From the IMG/VR virus record IMGVR_UViG_3300044619_000874, positions 1 to 62,604 of that record: DNA of 62,604 nt; one strand, given 5' to 3'. The notes under the pieces were generated by a model. That model worked only from the letters and a program-made list of their open reading frames with translations. It was not told the origin of the DNA and searched no databases. The position numbers and the translations under genes were made by a program. The stretch is from a virus. Lineage: Duplodnaviria; Caudoviricetes. Position 1 is the first letter of the stretch; every line of letters begins with the position of its first letter. Below, one piece after another: positions 1 through 8,679 of this stretch.

Positions 1-6
1 CCGGAG

Positions 7-132
7 GACAATGGATTCGTAGTACTTCAAAACCCAAAGGTGAAACATGAACGTCTCGTCTCTGCCCTCTGCCAATGAGGGTGCTCTGGTCTGGGTCAAT
101 CAAGCCGGTCGCGTCCGCGTTGACGTGGTTCG
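7..132. repeat. Terminal direct repeat, left copy (circular overlap)
   Basis: 126 bp identical to 62479-62604; positions 1-6 (ccggag) differ at 2 nt from 62473-62478 (ccgggt). Confidence 0.95.
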
Positions 133-928
133 GTCGGTGTTCAACTCGCTCGGGCTGGGCAAGTGCCTGCCCCGCAGGGAGAAGCGATCCATCGCACTGC
201 GGATCGCGATCAAGGCGTGGCTGATCACCCGCTACGGGAAGAAGGACGCCCGCACCATGCGGCTGTACCCTCTCGACCGCCGGGTGCTCGGCTTCGAGGT
301 GAGGAGGAAGGTGGACGGGTCGGAGATGAACGACCACCCCTACGTCTGCACCGTGAAGGCCAACGAGAAGGGTGCGTGGGTCACCTATGCCGGTAGCCCT
401 GCACCGCAGAGCGAGACCGACAACGTCTCTCGTCTCTACCTCGAACGTGTCGAGTGGTACTGCCCGACCACGGTCGGATCGTTGATCAAGAGGGCGGTGG
501 CCTACCACTGGCTGGGCACCAGCCTCAAGTCCAACGGTGGGCTGTACTTCCTGCCGGGTTGCCACCTGCCTGACTATCAGGCACTGGCCGCTGGGCTGGA
601 GCGTAGCACCACCAACCCCGACTCGGAGTTGGTGATGACCGCTGCCACGTTCGACGTTCGTAACAACCCGGGCGTGGCACGGGACGCGATGCTCTCCCTG
701 CGTGCGGAGATCAGGTCTGCCACTGACGAGATCAACAACGACCTCGTCGGTGCTCACGAGATGACCGAGCAGGGGATCGCGTCTCGCAAGGCACGGCTCG
801 ACAACCTGCTCAAGCAGGCGGCTGAGTACGCCGCCCTGTTCGAGACCTCGCTCGATGACATGAAGGCAATGGTCGAGAGCACGAAGGACGCTCTCGCCAT
901 CGCCGAACTCGCAGAGATCAGCGGCTGA
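47..928 (+). CDS. Hypothetical protein (DUF3150/DUF6744-like, upstream partner of AAA-vWA pair)
   Basis: 293 aa ORF, aaggtg upstream, helical C-terminus, GGLYFLP motif; position directly before an AAA ATPase and vWA gene. Confidence 0.6.
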   Translation: MNVSSLPSANEGALVWVNQAGRVRVDVVRSVFNSLGLGKCLPRREKRSIALRIAIKAWLITRYGKKDARTMRLYPLDRRVLGFEVRRKVDGSEMNDHPYVCTVKANEKGAWVTYAGSPAPQSETDNVSRLYLERVEWYCPTTVGSLIKRAVAYHWLGTSLKSNGGLYFLPGCHLPDYQALAAGLERSTTNPDSELVMTAATFDVRNNPGVARDAMLSLRAEIRSATDEINNDLVGAHEMTEQGIASRKARLDNLLKQAAEYAALFETSLDDMKAMVESTKDALAIAELAEISG

Positions 929-937
929 TCACTGCGT

Positions 938-954
938 GCGGCTAGTAGTTCTAG
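938..954 (+). repeat. Dispersed motif GCGGCTAGTAGTTCT(AG), perfect copy
   Basis: Exact 15-mer also at 4326, 58864, 61281 and 62380. Confidence 0.9.
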
Positions 955-990
955 AGGGGGCGGGCAACTTCGCTCGCCCCCTCTTTGTTT
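954..990 (+). terminator. Intrinsic terminator-like hairpin
   Basis: GAGGGGGCGGGC/GCTCGCCCCCTC stem followed by TTTGTTT. Confidence 0.7.
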
Positions 991-1019
991 CCCAACACCT
1001 GTTTCCGGAGGACGATTCA

Positions 1020-2147
1020 ATGTTGACTGGCATCTTCTCACACCCGATGTGGTTCCTGTTCGTTGCAATGCAGGCCGGTATCCCGACGCACGTCGTCGGC
1101 ATGCCGGGCTGTGCCAAGACCGCACTGCACATGGCCTGTGCCAAGGCGATGGGTCGGCGGTTCATCCCGCTGATCGGATCGCAATGCACACCCGAGGACG
1201 TCGGTGGTCTGCCCGTCCCCGACATGGTGGCTCGGCTCTGCCGCATGCTGCCCATGTCGTGGGTCGAGGCGGTGCTCACGCCCGGTGGCTTCCTGTTCTT
1301 CGATGAGTGGGGCAACGTGTCGCCCGCCGTGCATGCCTCGCTGCTCACCGTGGTGCAGGACAAGCGAGTCGGCGACCATCACATCGACATCGACACGATC
1401 ATGGCGGCAGCGTCGAACCCAATCGACATCTGCCCCAATGGCACGCCGCTATCCCTGCCCACCACGAACAGGTTCTTCAACGCCAAGTGGCGGAACGACA
1501 CGCGAGCCTTCCTCAATGGGCTCGTCACCTGCGAGTGGGACGCACCCGAGTTGCCCATCCTGCCGGTGGACTGGAAGTCGTACGTCCCCAAGTGGGGCGG
1601 CATCGTCTCCTCGTTCCTCTCTCGCAACGAGGCGATGATCAACGTGCCACCCAAGGATGACACGACCCCCTCGTATCCAACCGAGCGGACGTGGCGTAAC
1701 GCGGTGATGTGCCTCGCCGCTGCGGACGCAGTCGGTGCGGACATGGATTCGGACACGACCAATGTCCGGCTCATGGTCGAGGGCAACGTGGGTGAGGTGG
1801 CGACCAGCCAGTTCGCACACTTCAAGCAGACGCTCGACCTCGTTGACCCGCTCGACATCGTCGACGGCAAGACGAAGTTCGTGCATCGGGATGACCGCCC
1901 CGACCTGACGATGACCGTGCTCGGTGCCGTGGCTACTGCCGTGTCGAACGCCACGACCTTCACGCCTGATCGATGGGATGCGGCGGCCATCTTCTTCGGG
2001 GAGATCGGTGCGACGGCACACCCCGAGATCGCACTCCGCTACACGCGGGTGCTGCTCGATGCGACGAAGACCTTCAAGCACTCGCCCAGTGCCAAGGTGA
2101 TGAAGCCGCTGATCGCGTTGAACAACTCGCTCAAGGTGAGCGGCTAG
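1020..2147 (+). CDS. MoxR-like AAA+ ATPase
   Basis: Walker A GMPGCAKT, Walker B FLFFDE, sensor AASNP, NRF arginine finger; GGAGG RBS before ATG 1020. Confidence 0.85.
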   Translation: MLTGIFSHPMWFLFVAMQAGIPTHVVGMPGCAKTALHMACAKAMGRRFIPLIGSQCTPEDVGGLPVPDMVARLCRMLPMSWVEAVLTPGGFLFFDEWGNVSPAVHASLLTVVQDKRVGDHHIDIDTIMAAASNPIDICPNGTPLSLPTTNRFFNAKWRNDTRAFLNGLVTCEWDAPELPILPVDWKSYVPKWGGIVSSFLSRNEAMINVPPKDDTTPSYPTERTWRNAVMCLAAADAVGADMDSDTTNVRLMVEGNVGEVATSQFAHFKQTLDLVDPLDIVDGKTKFVHRDDRPDLTMTVLGAVATAVSNATTFTPDRWDAAAIFFGEIGATAHPEIALRYTRVLLDATKTFKHSPSAKVMKPLIALNNSLKVSG

Positions 2148-2187
2148 TTGTTTTAGATACCCCGCTCGGCAACTGGGCCGGGCGGGG
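2140..2187 (+). repeat. Motif variant GCGGCTAGTTGTTTTAG overlapping the ATPase stop codon, plus hairpin
   Basis: 2 mismatches to the 15-mer; stem 2160-2170/2177-2187. Confidence 0.75.
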
Positions 2188-2215
2188 CACGACCATAAGC
2201 ACAAGGGGATATGCG

Positions 2216-3826
2216 ATGGACTCGATCAGACTCAAGGTCGCACAGTTCAGGACGATGGTGAAAGACATCCTGCCCTACTTCACGGGCTATGTGTACGGCA
2301 TGATCGCCACCGAGAAGCGTGGCATCGGCACGATGGCAGTCGATGAGCGGGGTCGTCTCTACTACGACCCGGCCCTCGTCGAGCGGGTCGATCTCAAGGG
2401 CGGTCGGTTCGTGATCTGTCACGAGGCACTGCACGTTGCACTCGGCCACGCCCCGCTGGCACGCCGGTTCCTCGGTGACCGGCCGACCCCGGCCATGCTG
2501 CGGCGATACAACCTCGCCGCCGACTGCGTGGTCAACGGCATCCTCCAGTCGTGGTGGCACGAGGCACCGAGCGAGGAGGTTCTCGGTGGCAAGTTGGTGA
2601 CGCACGTCGCCCTCGGCCTGCCGCCGTCGCTCACCGTGACGCAGTACTACGCCCTGCTCGAACAGCAAGACGATCAGAAGAAGCAGGAGCGTGAGGCTGC
2701 ACGCAAGCAGCAACGAGACAACGACCCGCGCCAGCGTGGCAAGGGCGAGGATGGCGATGGCATGGAGGACGAAGGTGATGAAGACCAAGAAGATGGTTCG
2801 GCTGATCGTGATGACGACGAAGAAGAACGTGGCGGCCAATCGGATCGGGGTGATCACGACTCCGAGGATGGCGAAGACGGTAGCGACGGCGATTCGGAAG
2901 GCGGCGGAGACGAATCGTCCGACGAAGAAGATGGTGTTCCAGATGGGGACGCTGCCGGAGAAGGAGATACCGAGCGCGAAGGGGACGATGACGGTGATAG
3001 CGGTAGCGACGAGGGCAGTGGCGGCTCGGATTCGCAGGCTGGCGATCAAGGCCGGGGCGACGAGGACGATGCCGACGGGGAAGCCGACGGGGGATGGGCT
3101 TGCCGAGGTGGCGGCGGTGCTGACGGCCAGCCTCGCGAGTACGAGGACGAAGGCGAAGGCGGGTGGAAGGATCGCGAGTACTCGATGACCGACCAGTTGG
3201 AGCAGCGGATCGAGGAGGCAGAGCAGTCCTCTCCCGGTTCGGTGCCCGGCTGCCTCAAGGACGCGGTCGGTCTGCGGCTCCGGCCGCAGGCTGACCCGTT
3301 CGACGTGCTGCGTGCCACGGTGGCACGGGCCATCGCCTCGCCGGTCGGTGCCCCCGACTACACGCTGCGGAAGTTCAGCCGCAGGCAGCAGGCCGACGGG
3401 CCTCGGCTGCGTGGCGTGAAGAAGGAGATGCCCAACGTGGTTGTGATCCTCGACACGAGCGGCTCGATGCATGGCGACCGTGTCGCGAAGGCGATGGGCG
3501 TCATCGCCAAGGCAGTGAGCCGACTCAAGTCGGTGAAGGTGGTGTGCTACGACGCCGACCTGCATGGACGCAGGACGGTGACCTCGATGGCTGCCTTCTC
3601 ATGGCAGGGTGGTGGCGGCACCAACATGGGGAAGGCCATCGAGCAGGTCGACAAAGAGGATCGGCCCGACGCCATCGTGCTGGTGACCGACCTCGAAACC
3701 CCGTGGCCGGAGCGTATGCCCCGGGCCCGGGTGGTGGTGGCTGCGGTTGACTCGAAACCCTATTGGCTGGAGCGCGTGCCCGGCTGGGTGAAACTGTGTG
3801 ACGTCTCGAAAGGAGGTGACCGATGA
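2216..3826 (+). CDS. vWA-domain protein with N-terminal HEXXH metallopeptidase-like domain (DUF2201-like)
   Basis: HEALH, long D/E/G-rich linker, MIDAS DTSGS, GGGGT, VLVTD. Confidence 0.85.
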   Translation: MDSIRLKVAQFRTMVKDILPYFTGYVYGMIATEKRGIGTMAVDERGRLYYDPALVERVDLKGGRFVICHEALHVALGHAPLARRFLGDRPTPAMLRRYNLAADCVVNGILQSWWHEAPSEEVLGGKLVTHVALGLPPSLTVTQYYALLEQQDDQKKQEREAARKQQRDNDPRQRGKGEDGDGMEDEGDEDQEDGSADRDDDEEERGGQSDRGDHDSEDGEDGSDGDSEGGGDESSDEEDGVPDGDAAGEGDTEREGDDDGDSGSDEGSGGSDSQAGDQGRGDEDDADGEADGGWACRGGGGADGQPREYEDEGEGGWKDREYSMTDQLEQRIEEAEQSSPGSVPGCLKDAVGLRLRPQADPFDVLRATVARAIASPVGAPDYTLRKFSRRQQADGPRLRGVKKEMPNVVVILDTSGSMHGDRVAKAMGVIAKAVSRLKSVKVVCYDADLHGRRTVTSMAAFSWQGGGGTNMGKAIEQVDKEDRPDAIVLVTDLETPWPERMPRARVVVAAVDSKPYWLERVPGWVKLCDVSKGGDR

Positions 3827-4479
3827 CGTTCGATGAGCAGGTGGCTGCGTTGCGGGGGAAGGTTGAGCCGAAGTACTTCGACGGCCGAAAAGCCGAGGCC
3901 ACGCCGGAGCAGTGGGCCGCAAGGCTGGATCACACCCTGAGGTGGCGATGCGAGAACTGCGAGCGAGACCGCGAATCCACTCGCGAGTCCACCGCTCGCT
4001 GGCGGATGGCAAACCCGGAAAGATCACGGGAGGTGAATCGGAGGTGGGTGTCATCCGGCAGTCGCAACGAGTACCAGCGACGGCTGAGAAAGACGGACGT
4101 CCAGTTCCGGCTTTCGGAGAGTCTTCGGGTTCGACTCGCCCACGCAATGTCTGGCCGCAGTAGGGGGGGCTCTGCCGTGCGTGACCTCGGCTGCTCGGTC
4201 GCTGACCTCAAGGCCCACCTCGAACGGCAGTTCCTGCCGGGCATGACGTGGGACAACTGGGGCGTGGGTCAGGGCAAGTGGCAGATCGACCACATCTACC
4301 CGCTGGCACAGGCTGACCTGACCGTGCGGCTAGTAGTTCTAGCGGTGTGCAACTGGCGGAACCTACAGCCCCTGTGGTTCAAGGACAACAACCGCAAGGG
4401 CGATACCGTCACGCCTGAGGCGCAGCAACTGTTTGACGGTTTGGTTTCAGAGTTCACTGACAACGAAGGAGGTGCATGA
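3823..4479 (+). CDS. HNH endonuclease
   Basis: WQIDHIYPL...NWRNLQPLW...NNRKGD; Arg-rich helical N-terminus; ATGA overlap with upstream gene. Confidence 0.8.
   Translation: MTFDEQVAALRGKVEPKYFDGRKAEATPEQWAARLDHTLRWRCENCERDRESTRESTARWRMANPERSREVNRRWVSSGSRNEYQRRLRKTDVQFRLSESLRVRLAHAMSGRSRGGSAVRDLGCSVADLKAHLERQFLPGMTWDNWGVGQGKWQIDHIYPLAQADLTVRLVVLAVCNWRNLQPLWFKDNNRKGDTVTPEAQQLFDGLVSEFTDNEGGA
4326..4342 (+). repeat. Dispersed motif GCGGCTAGTAGTTCTAG, perfect copy inside HNH gene
   Basis: Exact match, intragenic. Confidence 0.85.
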
Positions 4480-5162
4480 TGATCGCTGAGTCTGACTGGC
4501 TCGAACCCTACTGCCGCCAGTGCTGCACTGTGTGGAACTCCAACTGGAGCACGGTGCCATACGGCAGGGTCGGATGGAAGAAAGCAGCGGAGAAGTACTG
4601 CGGTGCGTACTGGGGCAGGCTCACGCCAGAGCACTGCATGAGGATTCACTACCGCTTCACGCAGATGCGGAAGGAGATCGATGGCCTGTCGGTTGAGTAC
4701 GGCATGATCCGGGGGCCGAACTGGGATGACAAAACCCAGTGGCCCTACGCCGCCGTCGCTCGGTTCGATGATCAAGGCAAGATGCTGACCGGCTACTTGC
4801 TGCACCCCGGGGCTGCGTCTTGCCCGTACTACGTTCGCCACTCGCTGCCAGTGCCGGGCAAAGCAAGGGGCACAACGTATCGATCGCTGCGTACGGTCGA
4901 GGACATGATGCCGGTGATCAAGCCGGTGACCGGCGAGGCGGGCAGCCGCTCCGCCACAGTCACCATCACCCGCGATGACGTTGCCCGTACGGGTGACGTT
5001 CGCAAGGGGGACTGCTACCTGTTCGACCTGACGATGGAGCACTCGCCACGAGTGACCGTCGAAGGTAGGTACATGGGCAGGGCGGTTCAGTTCGGTGCGC
5101 TCGACGAGATCATTGATACCGTGCGGTGTCGGCTCGTGTTCGCTGACCTACCTAGTGCATGA
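4476..5162 (+). CDS. Hypothetical protein
   Basis: 228 aa, GGAGG RBS, ATGA coupling. Confidence 0.65.
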   Translation: MMIAESDWLEPYCRQCCTVWNSNWSTVPYGRVGWKKAAEKYCGAYWGRLTPEHCMRIHYRFTQMRKEIDGLSVEYGMIRGPNWDDKTQWPYAAVARFDDQGKMLTGYLLHPGAASCPYYVRHSLPVPGKARGTTYRSLRTVEDMMPVIKPVTGEAGSRSATVTITRDDVARTGDVRKGDCYLFDLTMEHSPRVTVEGRYMGRAVQFGALDEIIDTVRCRLVFADLPSA

Positions 5163-5170
5163 GGTGTGCG

Positions 5171-5260
5171 ATGGATATCCAGTGGCTGCTGACGGTGATC
5201 GAATCGTGGGCGTTCATCGCCCTTCAGTTCTACGTCTTCTCATTCATCAGGAGAAACTGA
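5171..5260 (+). CDS. Small hydrophobic peptide, 29 aa (MDIQWLLTVIESWAFIALQFYVFSFIRRN)
   Basis: GAGGTG RBS; fills the gap between two genes; translated by hand, below ORF-track cutoff. Confidence 0.55.
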   Translation: MDIQWLLTVIESWAFIALQFYVFSFIRRN

Positions 5261-5262
5261 CC

Positions 5263-6042
5263 ATGAAGATTGCATACGGATACGGGCGGCACAGCACGAG
5301 CAAGCAGGCAGTGACTGCCGAGGTGCAGGAAGCGTCGGTGATGGATCAGTACGAGCGGCTGCTCAAACCCAAGGGCTACTCGTGGGGCGGCTGGTTCTAC
5401 GACGCCGCAGTGTCGGGCAGCAAGGACTTCAGCGACCGACCCGAGGGGGTGCGGGTGTACATGATGGCTGGCGAGGGCGACGCCGTGATCTGCCACAACT
5501 CCGACCGCATGTTCCGGTCGCAGGCTGATGCAGAGAAGACGGTGCTGCTGCTCCAGTCTCGGGGCGTGCAGATCGTGATGCCCGACCTGCCCTCGTTCGA
5601 GAAGGCTGACCCTCGGATGCTGGCTCGCATCCGGTTCGTCATCGCCCAGTGGGAGCGGGAGAAGATCGGCGAGCGCACCTCGTCTGGCATGCAACGCATG
5701 TCAGCCAAGGGCAAGAAGTTCGGTGGCCGTATCCAGTCGGTGCCACTCGGGTGGCGTAACACTGGCGGCGGCATCGCACCATGCCCGGAGGAGCGGGCGA
5801 GGATCGAGGAGATGGCCCGCATGCACGCCGAGGGTGCGTCGTTCGAGCGCATCTCGATGATCGTTTCCTACCCGCCCCACAACTGGCGTCGTCCGCTCGC
5901 CCGCAAGGGTGGCGGCGCATGGTCGAAGCGTTACGTCAGGCTGGCGATCAAGGCTCGGTCTCTGGGGTATCCTCGCTGCTACCTTTATGATCGGCAACAC
6001 AGAGTCGCAGTCTGTCAAGCGCAGCCAGCAGCCTGCCCTTGA
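5263..6042 (+). CDS. Serine recombinase (resolvase catalytic domain plus short recombinase DNA-binding domain)
   Basis: YGRHSTSKQ (catalytic Ser), DAAVSG, SDRMFRS, AQWEREKIGERT, PLGW; AGGAG RBS. Confidence 0.9.
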   Translation: MKIAYGYGRHSTSKQAVTAEVQEASVMDQYERLLKPKGYSWGGWFYDAAVSGSKDFSDRPEGVRVYMMAGEGDAVICHNSDRMFRSQADAEKTVLLLQSRGVQIVMPDLPSFEKADPRMLARIRFVIAQWEREKIGERTSSGMQRMSAKGKKFGGRIQSVPLGWRNTGGGIAPCPEERARIEEMARMHAEGASFERISMIVSYPPHNWRRPLARKGGGAWSKRYVRLAIKARSLGYPRCYLYDRQHRVAVCQAQPAACP

Positions 6043-6505
6043 TCGTACGCCAGTCGCGGTCACGCTCCCGGCCCAGTGACATCAGCGACCGGCCCTCGAT
6101 TACATGGGCCTCGATCAGGGCCCGGTCGTCGGGCGTCATCTCACGCAGGCAGGCGAGGGCCTGCTGCTTCTGGTCGGTGGAGAAGGCTATGCCCAGTGCC
6201 TTGCCCATGTCGATCCGCTCGTTCGCCGCCTCGCGGGAACGCTTCACCCGACGCACCTCCTTGAGCAGGGCGTGGCGAATCGCAGTGCCGTAGTAGGTGG
6301 TGGGCTTCGATTTCGATGGGTCGTAGCAGAACGACGCATCGACCACGGCCATCTCGGCTACGCTGATCATGTCGCAGTGGCGGATCAGCCTCTCGTAGCA
6401 CAGGTGCTTGGCGATGAACGCACGCACGGCGGCTGGCACCAGCGGCAGGGCAGCCTCGGCTCGCTCCTTCTGCTCGTCTGTCAGCCGCCGCTGCTTGCGT
6501 GTCAC
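5948..6505 (-). CDS. Sigma-70 family (ECF-like) RNA polymerase sigma factor
   Basis: Region 2-like YDPSKSKPTTY...IRHALL and region 4-like MTPDDRALI...EGRSLMSLG; GTG start chosen from GTGA overlap. Confidence 0.75.
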   Translation of the reverse strand: MTRKQRRLTDEQKERAEAALPLVPAAVRAFIAKHLCYERLIRHCDMISVAEMAVVDASFCYDPSKSKPTTYYGTAIRHALLKEVRRVKRSREAANERIDMGKALGIAFSTDQKQQALACLREMTPDDRALIEAHVIEGRSLMSLGRERDRDWRTIKGRLLAALDRLRLCVADHKGSSEDTPETEP

Positions 6506-6702
6506 TTCATCTGCCTCGTCCAGACGTCGGCTCGCCACTCCCTTGCACAGGCCCGCTCGTAGCAGAGCAGGCAGAGGTGTGCATCAGTGGGCATGCCGCT
6601 GCTGTTGACCTTCACGGTCGCAGCACGGTGGCCGCAATCGGAGCACGGACTAGCGGTCGCGGAGGCGGCGGAGTACGCCAAGGGAGCGGGCCTTGCCTCC
6701 AC
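6502..6702 (-). CDS. Small zinc-finger protein
   Basis: CSDC...HLCLLC; GAGGAG RBS before GTG 6702. Confidence 0.55.
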   Translation of the reverse strand: MEARPAPLAYSAASATASPCSDCGHRAATVKVNSSGMPTDAHLCLLCYERACAREWRADVWTRQMK

Positions 6703-7027
6703 TCGACGACTCCTCGTACGAGCCGTCGTTGACTTTCGAGAGCGGCTCGTACTCGATCCGGCCTTGCGCTTGACGCAGGGCTTCTTGCGCAGAGCGAGCC
6801 TCTTTGACCCAGCCATAGGCGACGCAGCCTCCTGCTGCGGCCAGCCCCAGCAGCAACGCTAGGGCCAGCACTGCGTAGACCTTCCAGCCGGGGCCTTGCG
6901 ATCCTTCGCTCGGCACCCGGCCGACCGTATCTGACGGGTGAATATCTCCACTCAACGGATGAGTGTACGCTCGTCCAGTATGCACAGCACCCCCCAAGGT
7001 TGGCAACAGTTGTCCGCTCCTTATCAC
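6650..7027 (-). CDS. Single-pass membrane protein
   Basis: VYAVLALALLLGLAAAGGCVAYGW hydrophobic segment followed by a helical segment; coupled to upstream stop. Confidence 0.55.
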   Translation of the reverse strand: MIRSGQLLPTLGGAVHTGRAYTHPLSGDIHPSDTVGRVPSEGSQGPGWKVYAVLALALLLGLAAAGGCVAYGWVKEARSAQEALRQAQGRIEYEPLSKVNDGSYEESSSGGKARSLGVLRRLRDR

Positions 7028-7395
7028 TCTCGCTCGGGGGTTGCAGGATTTATGGGCTTCCTCCTCCGGGGTACGTCATGCCTTCGCCAACGACGGGACA
7101 GGGTCAGGTCGGGATTAGAGGCGAACCTCTCAAGCCCTTCCCGCACCCCGTCCTCCTCCATGTCGAGGGCGTTGCATGCCTCGGCGAACGGGAGTACTGC
7201 GTCTCCGCCGTACATCCAGCCCAGTGCTGCCGCCTTCTGCTTCTTGACCTCGCCCCGGTAGTACATCTGCTGGCTCGTGTCGGCAGTGGGCATCCCCCGC
7301 TCGGCGATAATGAACGCGGAGTGCGCGATCATGCTGGCGCAGAGGCGGCGGTACCCACCCTCGATCTCCTCTCTGGATAGGTGGTCGAGATTCAC
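7024..7395 (-). CDS. Hypothetical protein
   Basis: GTGA-coupled ORF within operon. Confidence 0.55.
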   Translation of the reverse strand: MNLDHLSREEIEGGYRRLCASMIAHSAFIIAERGMPTADTSQQMYYRGEVKKQKAAALGWMYGGDAVLPFAEACNALDMEEDGVREGLERFASNPDLTLSRRWRRHDVPRRRKPINPATPERE

Positions 7396-7781
7396 TCGGT
7401 CACCTCCTGCGCCTTGGCGGCGGGCGGCGGCTTGCACCCGGGCTGACGCAGGTCGTTGTTCAACTCCGGCCAGACCTCCTCACTGTGGCACGCGAACATC
7501 AGATTCCAGCCAGCGTGGGAGAGATGGTCTTCAGATCGATCCCCCTCAAGGTAGGCGTAGATGTGGGACAGGGCGTGGTTCAGGAACACCGAGATGGGCA
7601 GGCCCTTCTCGACATTGAACGACCCGTACTTCTCGGCCCCCTCGTGGCTGGCCTGCGCCATGCGGCGCAGCCCGATTGGCGAGAGCAACTCAAAGCGAAC
7701 GTCCTTCGCCGTGCGCTTGGCACCACGCCCGTACGTTGCGATACCACCATTGACCTTCGGCTTGTCGAACAGTCCCATCAT
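7392..7781 (-). CDS. dATP/dGTP diphosphohydrolase-domain protein (DUF5664-like)
   Basis: RFELLSP...GAEKYG..NVEKG...HALSH...EDHLSHAGWN signature. Confidence 0.8.
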   Translation of the reverse strand: MMGLFDKPKVNGGIATYGRGAKRTAKDVRFELLSPIGLRRMAQASHEGAEKYGSFNVEKGLPISVFLNHALSHIYAYLEGDRSEDHLSHAGWNLMFACHSEEVWPELNNDLRQPGCKPPPAAKAQEVTE

Positions 7782-8260
7782 TACCTCCACTCCTTGGCAT
7801 TGGACATGTCGATGAATGCATTGCAACGCACAATGCTCCCCCCATTGACAGTCCTCTGTGTCTCGGTGCGATCCACCCGGAAGCGAACGCAGTACTGCCC
7901 GCTCTCGTCGGTGATCTTCTGTGTCAGCAGAAGGCCCTCGTCCACGAGGAAGAGGAACCCGTAGAGCGGGACGCACAGGGCTGCGGATGCCGCCTTGGCG
8001 TGCTCGATCTTGTCCATCGTGACCAGCCACTCGTCGCCCCACTTGCCACGCAAGTCCTCGCGGGTCACGCCGTACCGGCACTTGGTCTCGACGACGCCAG
8101 CGATGTGCCCCATCTTGGTGATCACGGCGTCAACCTTGGCGGGCAGGTTGTCGGGCGTCCGGTAGTACTCCAGTCCGGTGCCACGCTCGAAGATCGAGGC
8201 GGCTGCCATCTCGTCCGACAGTGTCTTCTGCCCACGGGGCGTGAGTATGTCGAGGCTCAT
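7781..8260 (-). CDS. PD-(D/E)XK nuclease-family protein
   Basis: KVDAVI...VVETKCR motif. Confidence 0.65.
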   Translation of the reverse strand: MSLDILTPRGQKTLSDEMAAASIFERGTGLEYYRTPDNLPAKVDAVITKMGHIAGVVETKCRYGVTREDLRGKWGDEWLVTMDKIEHAKAASAALCVPLYGFLFLVDEGLLLTQKITDESGQYCVRFRVDRTETQRTVNGGSIVRCNAFIDMSNAKEWR

Positions 8261-8625
8261 CCCGGGTACTCCGCGAAGGCTCTGGTCTTGGTCGACGTAT
8301 GGATCGCATGGGCGAAGGCATGCATGTCTGCCAGCCTGATGGTCACCAGCCACTCGTGCTTCGACCGGCGGTGCATCACGACCGGCAGGTTGCCAGCCTT
8401 GGTGGCGTCACGCACAGCCTGCTCCATCGCCTTGTCAATGTTGATGCGCTCGACCCGCTTCGACTCGATGTGCAGGGTCGGCAACTCGGTGACCACGAGG
8501 TCGCCGTCACCTTCGGCTAGACCGCAGTACTGCTGCGACCTGCGGGCCGACAGGTAACCCATCGAGCGAAGCCGCTCGGCAAGTTCCCGTTCTGCTGCTG
8601 CGCCTTTGGCTCTTGAGTTGGTCAT
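8257..8625 (-). CDS. Holliday junction resolvase (Hjc-like)
   Basis: NSRAKGAAAERE...GDL...IESKR signature. Confidence 0.85.
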   Translation of the reverse strand: MTNSRAKGAAAERELAERLRSMGYLSARRSQQYCGLAEGDGDLVVTELPTLHIESKRVERINIDKAMEQAVRDATKAGNLPVVMHRRSKHEWLVTIRLADMHAFAHAIHTSTKTRAFAEYPG

Positions 8626-8679
8626 CGCGGTGCTCCTGCGGTCAGTGTAAGGAGGTGGTCAAGCGATCCATCAACACAA

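Noticed and set aside
7-132. Biological terminal repeat of the virion DNA
   Set aside because: It cuts into a coding sequence and its length is like an assembler overlap; the true termini cannot be determined from this.
2153-3565. 470-aa - strand ORF with hydrophobic stretch
   Set aside because: Antisense to the vWA gene; the hydrophobicity mirrors the acidic linker codons.
7392-7781. 2-aminoadenine (Z-base) pathway
   Set aside because: No purZ or dedicated DNA polymerase was recognised.
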